A stretch of DNA of 64,000 nucleotides from an uncultured Candidatus Peribacteria bacterium (GCA_964344725.1 CAYFOI010000003.1:1520-65519); one strand, 5' to 3'; shown: positions 10,083 to 19,210, numbered from the stretch's first letter. Numbers and translations are program-made. The notes: generated from the letters alone by a model not told the origin.

Positions 10083-11114
10083 GTGTTTATGGTGAGAAGG
10101 TATGATGATCCAGATGCTAGAGGTGAAGGTGCTCAAATATTAGAGTTACAACAACCTCTTAGAGAAAGACGAACTTCAAGACCTTTATCATCTTTCTCGG
10201 AAGAGCGTTTGCGTACTCGTGTTAGGGCGATTGGTGCTGCTGTTAGTACTGATCCTTACGAGGCACATCCTTATTACATGTTGTATGAGGCAACTGGGGC
10301 TGCTCCGTCGGAAGATTCTTCCAGGTATGATGGGCCCGTGGGTCATTTTTACAGTCTTGATTTTACAGAACCTAGAGGGAAAGCGCAGAGGTTTGGAGGT
10401 AAAAGTGTTAGTCGATTAGAGCCTTTTATGGCTAGCCATTTGGGTGATTTACTAGGGGAAGATAGGTTGGTGTGGCTTAGGGCACAAGCTAGAGCTGGTT
10501 CTGAAGCCAACCTTCGCGAGGAAGTGATTATGGATGACGAGTTGAATCCTCTTGTCGTAGCATGTGTTGGGGAAGAGGTTTTCTGTTGGATGAGGGGGTC
10601 GGTTCAATTTGGGCTCGATTTTGGGAGGGATGTGCGTGGTTGGCGGGAGAGCATGAAAAGTTATCCAGTATTAGATAGTTGGGTGGAAAGGTTGATGAGC
10701 GAAGATGAAACCAGGTTGTTTAGAGAGAGAAGTGGTTATCAAGAAGATACTTTCCCGTGCAGAATGGTTCCAGGCGTAGCGGCTGCTGCAAATGATTTGC
10801 AACTCAGTAATAATGTAGGTTGGAGACTTTGGGCGGCTATTATGAAAAAAGTTGTTATGAAGGACAGAGCTGTTATAGATCATGTTACCAATGCGCCAAA
10901 GTGGAGGGGTGCTCAGCAGAGTGTTGTGTATGGGGTCCTTGATGATTATCCTCAGCTAGTTGGGGTTTTTGTTTCTCCGGTTGAAGTTCTTGGGTCGTCT
11001 AGGCGGATTGTTCACTCAAATCCTGAGGCGGTTGAAGCTATTGCTGAAAGAGAGGTTGGTAGAAGAGGTATAACTCCGCAATTGAATTACAACCTGATTC
11101 CGCAGGCCGCTTAA
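10083..11114 (+). CDS. Hypothetical cytoplasmic protein (343 aa; Arg/Trp-rich orphan)
   Basis: A long ORF (GTG start; alternative ATG at 10089) occupying an otherwise empty interval. No motif I recognise, and no signal peptide or TM segment. Confidence 0.55.
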   Translation: MFMVRRYDDPDARGEGAQILELQQPLRERRTSRPLSSFSEERLRTRVRAIGAAVSTDPYEAHPYYMLYEATGAAPSEDSSRYDGPVGHFYSLDFTEPRGKAQRFGGKSVSRLEPFMASHLGDLLGEDRLVWLRAQARAGSEANLREEVIMDDELNPLVVACVGEEVFCWMRGSVQFGLDFGRDVRGWRESMKSYPVLDSWVERLMSEDETRLFRERSGYQEDTFPCRMVPGVAAAANDLQLSNNVGWRLWAAIMKKVVMKDRAVIDHVTNAPKWRGAQQSVVYGVLDDYPQLVGVFVSPVEVLGSSRRIVHSNPEAVEAIAEREVGRRGITPQLNYNLIPQAA

Positions 11115-11211
11115 GGCCGATTATGCAATCAAAGTGATTTTTTAGCCTTAGGAATTTGTTGTCGTTTAATGTGTTCTTGTGTTATCAAGTTGTCCTATTA
11201 ACAGAGGGGAT

Positions 11212-12147
11212 ATGAAGAAAATACTTGTGGCATTTCTGGTCTTTCTGTTTGTGCCTGTTGCATATGGTTTTTCCGATGTTAACGAGGATAGTGAACATTA
11301 TGATGCTATTACTTTTCTGGAAGAGAGGGGAATTGTAAGTGGATATCCGGATGGGAGTTTTGGGGTAGATGATGAGGTCAATCGCGTGGAGGCTCTTTAT
11401 ATGATTCTGCAAAGTAGTGTTTCTTATCGTACGGCTAGTATTGAATTTCCTTATGCTGATTTTTGGGATATCGATACGGATGCTTGGTATTATGATAGTT
11501 TGGCGGAAGCTGTTTCTTATGGGATTGCTGCTGGCAATCCGGATGGGAGTTTTGACCCTGGCAGGTTTGTTAACAAAGTTGAGTTTTTGAAAATGCTTCT
11601 TCTTGCTTTTGAAATAGATGTGTCTGCGCATGAAGGGGATGAGTGGTATAGTGGATATTTAGGATATGCTAGAACTGTTGGGCTTGTTTATCCGAATATG
11701 GAGAATGACTTGGAGCCTTCAGTGTATTTGACTCGTGGGGATTGCGCGGAGATTCTTTATAAGATGATTGTGATTGATGAGGGTGGGGATTTGCAGAAGT
11801 TGCTTTCGATGGTTGAGGCTTATTTGGTGCAGGTGCTTGTTGATTTAAATTTGGATGATATTAATAGTGCATTAGAAGATTCTGCTAATGCTGTGTTCTA
11901 TTCTGAAATGGCTTTGGATATTGATTCTGATGAGGGCTTGGTCAATGCTGTAAATAAAATTGCTCTTGGTTTTCAGGAGCTTTGTTTAGCTTATCAGGCT
12001 GGTCTTGATGGGGATCCGGATTCTGCTGCGGAGCATGTTGAAAATGCGAAGCAATATGCTACGGATGCGTATTATGATGATACATCGACTCAGTCTTTGG
12101 GTGCTCAAATCAAAGAGTTTGGGGATGAGTTACTGGACAATTTGTAG
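11212..12147 (+). CDS. Secreted S-layer-homology (SLH) domain protein
   Basis: I moved the start to the ATG at 11212, which gives a signal peptide (MKKILVAFLVFLFVPVAYG) and is preceded by a GAGGGG Shine-Dalgarno sequence. Two SLH repeats are present (FSDVNEDSEHYDAITFLEERGIVSGYPDGSFGVDDEVNRVEAL; FWDIDTDAWYYDSLAEAVSYGIAAGNPDGSFDPGRFVNKVEFL). Confidence 0.8.
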   Translation: MKKILVAFLVFLFVPVAYGFSDVNEDSEHYDAITFLEERGIVSGYPDGSFGVDDEVNRVEALYMILQSSVSYRTASIEFPYADFWDIDTDAWYYDSLAEAVSYGIAAGNPDGSFDPGRFVNKVEFLKMLLLAFEIDVSAHEGDEWYSGYLGYARTVGLVYPNMENDLEPSVYLTRGDCAEILYKMIVIDEGGDLQKLLSMVEAYLVQVLVDLNLDDINSALEDSANAVFYSEMALDIDSDEGLVNAVNKIALGFQELCLAYQAGLDGDPDSAAEHVENAKQYATDAYYDDTSTQSLGAQIKEFGDELLDNL

Positions 12148-12268
12148 AGATCGTTGCCTAGTCTTGTTTTGGTTTGGTGTTTTACGTCGGTATTGGGGAA
12201 TAGTCAATTCTTGCTGGTGGAACAGGATGTTTTTTTAAGGTATAATCTTTGGATTTAAAAAAATAAAA

Positions 12269-15200
12269 ATGAAAAGATTTATCTTCGTTATATTGGGACT
12301 TATCTTTGTCAGTACTCAAGCGTTGGCATTAAGCAGTAGTGATGATTATACGATCGAGACTAAGATGCGGGCTAGTAGCAGTGATTTTATAGTTTTGCAG
12401 ACTGATGATGATCAAGATTACTCTGATACTGATGAGACTATTGATACAACAACAACTACAACAACTACTATCTATGGTGGGGGAGCTGCATCTTCTGTCG
12501 AATCGGACGACGTTGATTATGATGAGGTTTTTGCGACGACGGATAGCACTCCTATTGTCTCTGATATTTTGGAGCCATCGCAAACATATACGGTTTCAAT
12601 TTCTAATGAGTATGGCGAAGAGATTGAATCTTATCAGTTTGAGACAGATGTTAGTGGTCAGTTTATTTATGAGCTTATTACAAAGCTTGAAGATGGTGTT
12701 TATACGGCTTTGGTTTTGGATGCGAATGATAATCGTATTAAGGAATATCAGTTTGATATAAGTACGGATGTTATTGAACCTTCGTTGGAAGTTATGGCTT
12801 TTGGCGAAAAAGAGATTGTTACTTTAGATTTTGATGGGGTGATGGATTTGGGGAGAATCCTGATGGAAGAAGATTCTAAGTTGTATGGATATGCTGTTCC
12901 TTTTGCAGAAGTGATAGTTTATTTCCACAGTGATATCTGGGTTGAGGAAACTGTTGCTGATGAATTTGGTTATTTCGAAGTTCCTATACCTGGTCATCTT
13001 GGTGAAGGGGCTCATACAGCTTATATAACTCAAATTTATCCTGATTCGACAATATCTGAGGATCTTACTTATACTTTTGAACTGGTGGTTCCATCTGAGG
13101 GAAATGTTGAACTGTGGGCTGTTGTTGGATCGATTTTGTTTCTGGTGTTTTTGATGTTGTTTGCTAGAGGCGGTATGAAGAGGTGGTTTGCTAGGTTTGC
13201 TGTGATTGTTTTGTTGGTTTCGGTAGTGCAAGTTGGGCATCCTTTTGCTGATAGTGTGCCGGAGTTTATTGTCTATGATGGGCGGCTTCTTTCTAGTTCG
13301 GGAGAGGTTGTTAGTTCGGAGTATGATTTTAGGTTCTCGTTTTGGTCGGATGCTGATTTTGATGGAGATGTGATTGAAGATGCGGCTTGGTATGAAGAGC
13401 AGACCGTGACTCTTGATAGTGATGGTGGATTCTCTGTACATATTGGAGAGGTTACCCCTTTGCCTGTTTTTGACTCTGAAGTCTACAAGTTTTTACAAGT
13501 AGAAATAAAGGCTCATGGCCAGGCTGATACCGAATATCAATTAATGGATCCGACTGGCGACAATGGTGCCGATGAAATTGATCGTGAGGCTCTGGGGTTA
13601 ACATATTATGCTTATCAATCTCATAGTGCTGAAGGTAGTTTGCAAGATGTTTTTGTAATAGATATTGATGATACTGCGACGTCAGAAATTGGTCTTCAGT
13701 TTGGTTCTGCGATTGAGAAGATACTGTCTTACGATATTGAGAAGCAGTATTTTAATTTTAATGATGATGTGAATATCGAAGGCGATCTTACTATTAGTGG
13801 GCTTGTGGATGGCTACGATATTTCTGGTTATAGTGGGTATGCTACTTTGGCTGACTCCGAGAGTTTGATTGTCGATCATGCGTCTAGAGAGAGTTATGAC
13901 TATCAAGTGACAGCGCTTCTGAGTGTTAACAATACGGGTCTTACCGATGAAAGCTTGGATTTTTCTGATGAAAGTTTGTATGAGGTTGAAGATTCGGAAG
14001 TGGGTACAGATTTTATTTATGGTGGTGTGAGGCTACATAATTCTGGAGGTTCTTTGCAGAGTTATGAGTATGATGTTTCTAGTTATGATGAGGAAAAGAT
14101 TGATTTTGAAGGTGGGGTTGCGAGCTTAAAGAAAGTTTCGGTCGGGGATGATTTTAGTAATGGTAGTCATGATGGTATTGCGATTTCTGGTGATAGTTCG
14201 TTGGTTCTCTCGGGTGCTACTGAGGGTGCTTTTGTTTCTGAAATTTTTGATTTTGGAGAAAGTGTTTCTTTTGAGGAGTTTTCTTATGAAGTTAATTATG
14301 AAACGTTTGATGTTGGGGATGATCCGTATGAGTTTTCGGGGGATTCTTATGAAGATGTGGCCGGTGTTAGTGGGCCTATGAGTGTTGAATTTTGGTTTAA
14401 AACTGAAGAGGCTGGAGGTCTTTTTGATGGAGTTTATGTTGGGCAAGATGGAAAAATCCATTATGAGGGATATGCAACATCTTCTGAGGTTGTTGATGGG
14501 GAGTGGCATCATTTGGTTGTGTCTGACGATATTTATTTGGATGGTGTTTCGCAGAGTTTTGATATTTCGAATGTTGGCGATGGTAGTAACTTGGAATTGG
14601 GGTATGCCGAAGTGCCCGTAGGCGAGGCTTTATCAGTTTCTAATGTCTCTGATGATTGGCAGGCAGTCTCTTTGGATAATTCGTATGCTAATCCTGTGAT
14701 TGTTTGTACTTATAATTTGCCAAGTTTGTCTTCCAACCCTGCTGTTACTAGAATTAATAATATTGGTACTTCGAGTTTTGATTTAAAATTACAAAGTCCT
14801 AGTGGATCTTCTGTTACTTCTGGTGACGTGTATTGTGTTGTCATTGATGAAGGGGATTGGACGCTTACTAATGGTGTTTCTCTTGAGGCTTTTGCTTATC
14901 AGTCTACGAGTCTTGATTATTCTTCTAATTGGGTTGGTGAAGAGATTGATTTAGTAAAGTCGTATACAACTCCTGTGATTTTTGGACAGGTTATGAGTTA
15001 TAACGACGAGCGTTGGTCTGTTTTCTGGGACAGGGGTTCTTCTTCTCGCGGTGTTGTACCATCTGCTGGTGATGTTTATATTGGTATGCATATTGGTCAG
15101 GATCCTGATATTTCGAGAGATAGCGAAATACTTGGATATATAGTTGTGGAAGAGGGGATGGGTACGGTTAATGGCATCGATTACGAGGTTTATTATGGGG

Positions 15201-16513
15201 CTGACTCTGTTGGAGGTATGAGCACTGCTGTTCCTTTTCAATATAGTGTTAGTGGGGATTATGATATGGGTATTTTGACTCAAGCAGCTATGGATGGAAG
15301 CGATGGTGGTTGGGCTGTTTTTTATGGCGAAGATCCAATTCGCGATGCTGAAATAGATTTAGCTATTGATGAGGATAAGGTTGGTGATTCTGAGAGATAC
15401 CATACTACTGAGCAAGCTGCTTATTGGTTATTTAGTGAGGAAGGAACTCTCACTGTTGATGGTTATTTTGTTGGGTCTATTGATGACGTGGTGGTTCATG
15501 ATGGTTATTTGACTCAAGAAGAGGTTCTTAATGATTATCTGGGTGGAGTTTTGGATGCTACGGTGATGTCTAGGACTTGTTATATTTCCGATTGTTCGGA
15601 TCAAAGCTTTGGAGAGTTTAGTCCGGGGACAGAAGGTCAATACTTTCAGTATCAAGTTGTTATGGGTACGGATGATATTTCTTATTCCCCTGAGATTAGT
15701 GATATTTATATTGGGACTGATGTTTATTATGATGATAGTCCGGCTGCCATGGGTGGGGGTGATGAATTTACAGTTCTTGTGAGTTTTGGTGACGAATCTA
15801 CGGGTGATATTCGTTATCAGGTATCTAATGATGGGATGAATTATTACTATTGGGATGGCTCTGCTTGGGTTTATGCTAGTGCTTCTTCGCAGTCAAATAC
15901 GGCTGCGGATATTAATGCTAATGCTGCTTCGTTTGAAGGTGGCGAATTTTATTGGAAAGCTTTCTTTGTCTCTGATGGGTCTGCCGAGGCTTCGCTTGAT
16001 TCTGTGAGCGTTGAGCTTTCAACAGCTTCTTATCCTGTGGGGGAAAGCTATTATGTTGTTACGACTGCTGAAAGTCAGCTCACTGGTGTTTGGGGTGAGG
16101 TGCATGGTGTTACTGTTGAAGATGCCGTGCCAGATGGTACAGTACTTAAATATTTGGTGTCTTTTGATGGCCGCTCAAGTTGGTATTATTGGGATGGGGA
16201 TGCTTGGGTTTTGGCTGGTAGTGATTTGGATGCCGAGGGCGTCTTTACTAATGCGAATAATAGCAGTGAGCTTGAGGCTGTTTCTGATTGGAGTTTGGTT
16301 GATGGTGTTTTGGATTTTTCTGCTGTTTTTTGGAGTAGTGAGATTGGTTATACTTCTTCTTTGGATCAAATTACGCTTAATTACGATGAGCCGGAGATTT
16401 GGCGTGTGATTGATGGAGATAGTCAATATCCGATAGATTTTATTAGCGATACTCAAACTAGGATTACTAATAATTCTGGCCAGACTCAGACGGTCAGGTT
16501 GTATATTAGGTAG
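12269..16513 (+). CDS. Giant envelope protein (1414 aa) with a LamG/concanavalin-like module; possibly two fused or nested cistrons
   Basis: Signal peptide MKRFIFVILGLIFVSTQALA and a poly-Thr tract. An internal TM anchor (LWAVVGSILFLVFLMLFARGG) is immediately followed by a second signal-peptide-like segment that begins at the in-frame ATG at 13175 (MKRWFARFAVIVLLVSVVQVGHPFA). There is a LamG-like stretch (SVEFWFKTEEAGGLFDG...VVDGEWHHLVVSDDIYLDGVS). Confidence 0.8.
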   Translation: MKRFIFVILGLIFVSTQALALSSSDDYTIETKMRASSSDFIVLQTDDDQDYSDTDETIDTTTTTTTTIYGGGAASSVESDDVDYDEVFATTDSTPIVSDILEPSQTYTVSISNEYGEEIESYQFETDVSGQFIYELITKLEDGVYTALVLDANDNRIKEYQFDISTDVIEPSLEVMAFGEKEIVTLDFDGVMDLGRILMEEDSKLYGYAVPFAEVIVYFHSDIWVEETVADEFGYFEVPIPGHLGEGAHTAYITQIYPDSTISEDLTYTFELVVPSEGNVELWAVVGSILFLVFLMLFARGGMKRWFARFAVIVLLVSVVQVGHPFADSVPEFIVYDGRLLSSSGEVVSSEYDFRFSFWSDADFDGDVIEDAAWYEEQTVTLDSDGGFSVHIGEVTPLPVFDSEVYKFLQVEIKAHGQADTEYQLMDPTGDNGADEIDREALGLTYYAYQSHSAEGSLQDVFVIDIDDTATSEIGLQFGSAIEKILSYDIEKQYFNFNDDVNIEGDLTISGLVDGYDISGYSGYATLADSESLIVDHASRESYDYQVTALLSVNNTGLTDESLDFSDESLYEVEDSEVGTDFIYGGVRLHNSGGSLQSYEYDVSSYDEEKIDFEGGVASLKKVSVGDDFSNGSHDGIAISGDSSLVLSGATEGAFVSEIFDFGESVSFEEFSYEVNYETFDVGDDPYEFSGDSYEDVAGVSGPMSVEFWFKTEEAGGLFDGVYVGQDGKIHYEGYATSSEVVDGEWHHLVVSDDIYLDGVSQSFDISNVGDGSNLELGYAEVPVGEALSVSNVSDDWQAVSLDNSYANPVIVCTYNLPSLSSNPAVTRINNIGTSSFDLKLQSPSGSSVTSGDVYCVVIDEGDWTLTNGVSLEAFAYQSTSLDYSSNWVGEEIDLVKSYTTPVIFGQVMSYNDERWSVFWDRGSSSRGVVPSAGDVYIGMHIGQDPDISRDSEILGYIVVEEGMGTVNGIDYEVYYGADSVGGMSTAVPFQYSVSGDYDMGILTQAAMDGSDGGWAVFYGEDPIRDAEIDLAIDEDKVGDSERYHTTEQAAYWLFSEEGTLTVDGYFVGSIDDVVVHDGYLTQEEVLNDYLGGVLDATVMSRTCYISDCSDQSFGEFSPGTEGQYFQYQVVMGTDDISYSPEISDIYIGTDVYYDDSPAAMGGGDEFTVLVSFGDESTGDIRYQVSNDGMNYYYWDGSAWVYASASSQSNTAADINANAASFEGGEFYWKAFFVSDGSAEASLDSVSVELSTASYPVGESYYVVTTAESQLTGVWGEVHGVTVEDAVPDGTVLKYLVSFDGRSSWYYWDGDAWVLAGSDLDAEGVFTNANNSSELEAVSDWSLVDGVLDFSAVFWSSEIGYTSSLDQITLNYDEPEIWRVIDGDSQYPIDFISDTQTRITNNSGQTQTVRLYIR

Positions 16514-16861
16514 TTTAATTATCCGAATTGTCTTCTTTCTGATTCCATGATTCCTAGGACTATTGTCATAGCTAGCTGTATTGCATTATCGGGGGGTATG
16601 CCATCTTGTTCGAATGCTAATCTTATTCTTATTACGTCTGAGTCAAATGCCATCATACGTTGAGCTGGATCTTCAATTGGGTTATTCAATCTTTCGCGTG
16701 TAGCTACGGCTCCTTATGGAGTTTCTAATCCTCTCAGCCAGGATTCGAATTCTGCAGAATCTTCTAATTGAGCACCTTTTCTTAGTGGCATCGTTTTTTT
16801 TCTGGCTAAATCTTACAGTTTGAGTTACATTTGAGGCTCGGAGGATTAAACTACCATAAAT

Positions 16862-17797
16862 ATGGCATCAAACATAAGAATTTTCGCTGGAACGTCTCAT
16901 CCTGAGCTGGCGAAAGCTATTTGTAAAAAACTTGGGACAAAGCTTTCTGAGCTAGAGACTTCCAGGTTTGCTTGTGGAGAAATCTATGCAAAGCCTGCAT
17001 CCACTGTACGGGGTGATGATGTGTTCATTATTCAGACAGCAACATCGAATGTTAACGAAGAGCTTATGGAGCTCTTTATTATTATCGATGCGATGAAGAG
17101 GTCTTTTGCGAAAAATGTTCATGTTGTGATCCCACATTTTCCTTATGCGCGTCAGGATCGTGTTGCGTCTCCGCGCGAGCCGATTTCTGCGAAGGTTGTT
17201 GCGAATTTGATTGGTGCGGCTGGGGCTGATCACGTGATGGTTGTTCAGATTCACTCTGAACAACAGCAAGGTTTCTTTCCTTTCCCAATTGATCATTTGA
17301 ATGCGAGGAAGCTTTTTGCGAAATATTTTAAGAAGAAAAAAATCAAAGATCTTGTTGTAGTAGCTCCAGATGCTGGGGCTGCGAAAGATGCTGATCGTTT
17401 AGCGCGGCACTTGGATACAACGATAGCGGTAATGAGTAAGGTTCGGCCTGAGCATAACAAGGCGGAGATTACGTCTCTTGTCGGTGATGTTGAAGGGAAG
17501 AACTGCATCATTTTTGATGATATGATCGATACGGCGGGAAGTATTTGTGCGGCGCATGATTATTTAAAGAAGCATGGGGCGAAAGATGTTTATGTCGCAG
17601 CGACTCATGCGATTTTCTCAGGTCCGGCTGTGGAAAGGCTGAATAAAACTGGCTTCAAAGGAGTGCTTGTAACAGATACGATTCCTGTGAAGGATAAGGT
17701 GAAAGGGCTTGAGGTTATTTCGGTAGCTCCTATGCTTGCGGCGGTGATTAAGAATGTTCATGAGGGGAAGAGTGTGACGTCGGTGTATAGAGGTTAG
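16862..17797 (+). CDS. prs: Ribose-phosphate pyrophosphokinase (PRPP synthetase)
   Basis: Motifs IFAGTSHPELAKAIC, FPYARQDR, VVAPDAGAAK and IIFDDMIDTAGS. Confidence 0.92.
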   Translation: MASNIRIFAGTSHPELAKAICKKLGTKLSELETSRFACGEIYAKPASTVRGDDVFIIQTATSNVNEELMELFIIIDAMKRSFAKNVHVVIPHFPYARQDRVASPREPISAKVVANLIGAAGADHVMVVQIHSEQQQGFFPFPIDHLNARKLFAKYFKKKKIKDLVVVAPDAGAAKDADRLARHLDTTIAVMSKVRPEHNKAEITSLVGDVEGKNCIIFDDMIDTAGSICAAHDYLKKHGAKDVYVAATHAIFSGPAVERLNKTGFKGVLVTDTIPVKDKVKGLEVISVAPMLAAVIKNVHEGKSVTSVYRG

Positions 17798-17863
17798 CTA
17801 TTTAGCTTTTTAGCTAGTTAGCTATTTAGGAACTAATAACTAATAGTTAATAACTTGAATGAC

Positions 17864-17989
17864 ATGCACGTTTATATTGGTTCAGATCACGGTGGTTGCG
17901 GTTTGACGGAGATATCTCTCGCTGGGTTCTCGCTTCGCTGTGAAGTCGCTCGTGATATCTGTCAAACCTTTAATATTTTATTTAAATAA
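17864..17989 (+). pseudogene. Diverged fragment of the rpiB 5' end (41-codon decoy ORF)
   Basis: ATGCACGTTTATATTGGTTCAGATCACGGTGGTT aligns with the rpiB start ATGAGAGTCTATATTGGTTCAGATCACGGTGGTT; 25 nt are identical (17873-17897 vs 18010-18034). The encoded peptide is MHVYIGSDHGGCGLTEI...EVARDICQTF, compared with RpiB MRVYIGSDHGGYKLKEA...DIAREVCEKV. That corresponds to an RpiB N-terminus with an internal deletion. Confidence 0.7.
17900..17968. repeat. Hairpin element, family 2, copy 1 (variable stem, conserved loop ends)
   Basis: The arms GGTTTGAC(GG)AGATATC and GATATCTGTCAAACC form 15 bp with a 2-nt bulge. The 37-nt loop starts TCTCGCTGGG and ends AAGTCGCTCGT. The other copies are at 46315-46383 and 51939-52033. 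Confidence 0.7.
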
Positions 17990-18000
17990 TTGTTTTATTC

Positions 18001-18438
18001 ATGAGAGTCTATATTGGTTCAGATCACGGTGGTTATAAATTGAAAGAAGCTCTGAAGGAAATGCTTGAGGTCCAGGGTACCGAGTTTACGGATTTGGGAT
18101 GTTTTAATGAGGAGAGTTGTGACTATCCGGATATTGCTAGAGAGGTTTGTGAGAAAGTTGCTGCTGATCCTGCGTCGCGGGGTGTTTTGGTTTGTGGGAC
18201 TGGGCTTGGAATGTCGATGGCGGCTAACAAATATCCTGGGATTCGTGCTGCTATGTGTACGACTGAATATATGGCGCAAATGGCGCGGGAGCACAATGAT
18301 GCTCAGGTGATTTGCATGGGTGGTCGTGTAATTGATGTTGAGATTGGGAAGAAAATGCTTGCGATGTTTTTGAAAACAGATTTTTCAGGGGAGGAGAGAC
18401 ATAAGAGAAGGATAGATGGGGTGATGAATATAGTATGA
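18001..18438 (+). CDS. rpiB: Ribose-5-phosphate isomerase B
   Basis: Motifs IGSDHGGYKLKE, CGTGLGMSMAANK and NDAQVICMGGRV; 145 aa. Confidence 0.9.
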   Translation: MRVYIGSDHGGYKLKEALKEMLEVQGTEFTDLGCFNEESCDYPDIAREVCEKVAADPASRGVLVCGTGLGMSMAANKYPGIRAAMCTTEYMAQMAREHNDAQVICMGGRVIDVEIGKKMLAMFLKTDFSGEERHKRRIDGVMNIV

Positions 18439-18500
18439 TTTTTGGTCGATAGGCTCTTTCACTTACGTACAGTACGTTCTTTCGCCTATCGCCAAAAATC
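18437..18500. repeat. Short palindromic element with GATTTTTG...CAAAAATC termini, immediately after rpiB
   Basis: GATTTTTGG(T)CGATAGGC pairs with GCCTATCGCCAAAAATC (17 bp, 1 bulge) around a 29-nt loop. The element overlaps the rpiB TGA stop. Its termini are the same as the outer arms of the family-1 elements at 19405 and 22048. Confidence 0.65.
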
Positions 18501-18580
18501 TTAATGTTCTTTATTAGCTATTTCTCTATGTGAGAAATTCTATTACTATGGTTGCAGAATTAGTTCATTATCAAGTCACC

Positions 18581-19210
18581 ATGAACGTGAAAATTGCACC
18601 ATCAATATTGTCGGCAGATTTCGGGAGACTCAACGAGGAGATCGCTGATGTTGCTGCTAAGGGGGCAGATTGGGTGCATGTTGATGTGATGGATGGGCAT
18701 TTTGTTCCGAATCTGACTTTTGGGGCGCCGGTTGTTAGGTGCATCAAGACAGATTTGCCTTTGGATGTGCATTTGATGATTGAGAACCCCGAGAAATATG
18801 TTTCGGATTTTGTTGATGCCGGGGCGGACTGGATTACAGTTCACTTCGAGACGTGTGACGATCTTAAAGGGGTGCTTGAAGATATTAAGATTGCTGGAGT
18901 TAAATGCGGTGTTTCTGTGAAGCCTGGGACTGCGATTTCGGAATTAAAACCGTATCTCGGTGATTTGGATCTTATCCTTATTATGAGTGTTGAGCCTGGT
19001 TTTGGAGGGCAGGAATTTATGGAGTCAGCAATTGATAAAATTAAGTGGCTTCGTGAGCAAGGCTTCGAAGGAGAGGTTAGTGTTGATGGTGGAATAAATG
19101 CGGATACGGGGAAGTTGTGCCGCGATGCTGGTGCGAATGTGCTTGTTGCGGGGAGTTATATTTTTGGAGCGGAGGATAGAAGTGAAGCGATAGCTTCGCT
19201 TAGGGAGTAG
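18581..19210 (+). CDS. rpe: Ribulose-phosphate 3-epimerase
   Basis: Motifs IAPSILSADF, HVDVMDGHFVPNLTFG, SVEPGFGGQ and VDGGIN. I trimmed the track ORF (GTG at 18530) to the ATG at 18581, which gives the usual N-terminus MNVKIAPS. Confidence 0.9.
   Translation: MNVKIAPSILSADFGRLNEEIADVAAKGADWVHVDVMDGHFVPNLTFGAPVVRCIKTDLPLDVHLMIENPEKYVSDFVDAGADWITVHFETCDDLKGVLEDIKIAGVKCGVSVKPGTAISELKPYLGDLDLILIMSVEPGFGGQEFMESAIDKIKWLREQGFEGEVSVDGGINADTGKLCRDAGANVLVAGSYIFGAEDRSEAIASLRE

Noticed and set aside
18436-18438. Alternative genetic code with UGA read as an amino acid, as in Gracilibacteria/SR1-type CPR lineages.
   Set aside because: TGA terminates conserved genes at the expected length: rpiB at 18436-18438, the P-type ATPase at 55684-55686, and the 1287-aa gene at 3617-3619. 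All conserved genes are intact ORFs under the standard code, and Trp is encoded by TGG.
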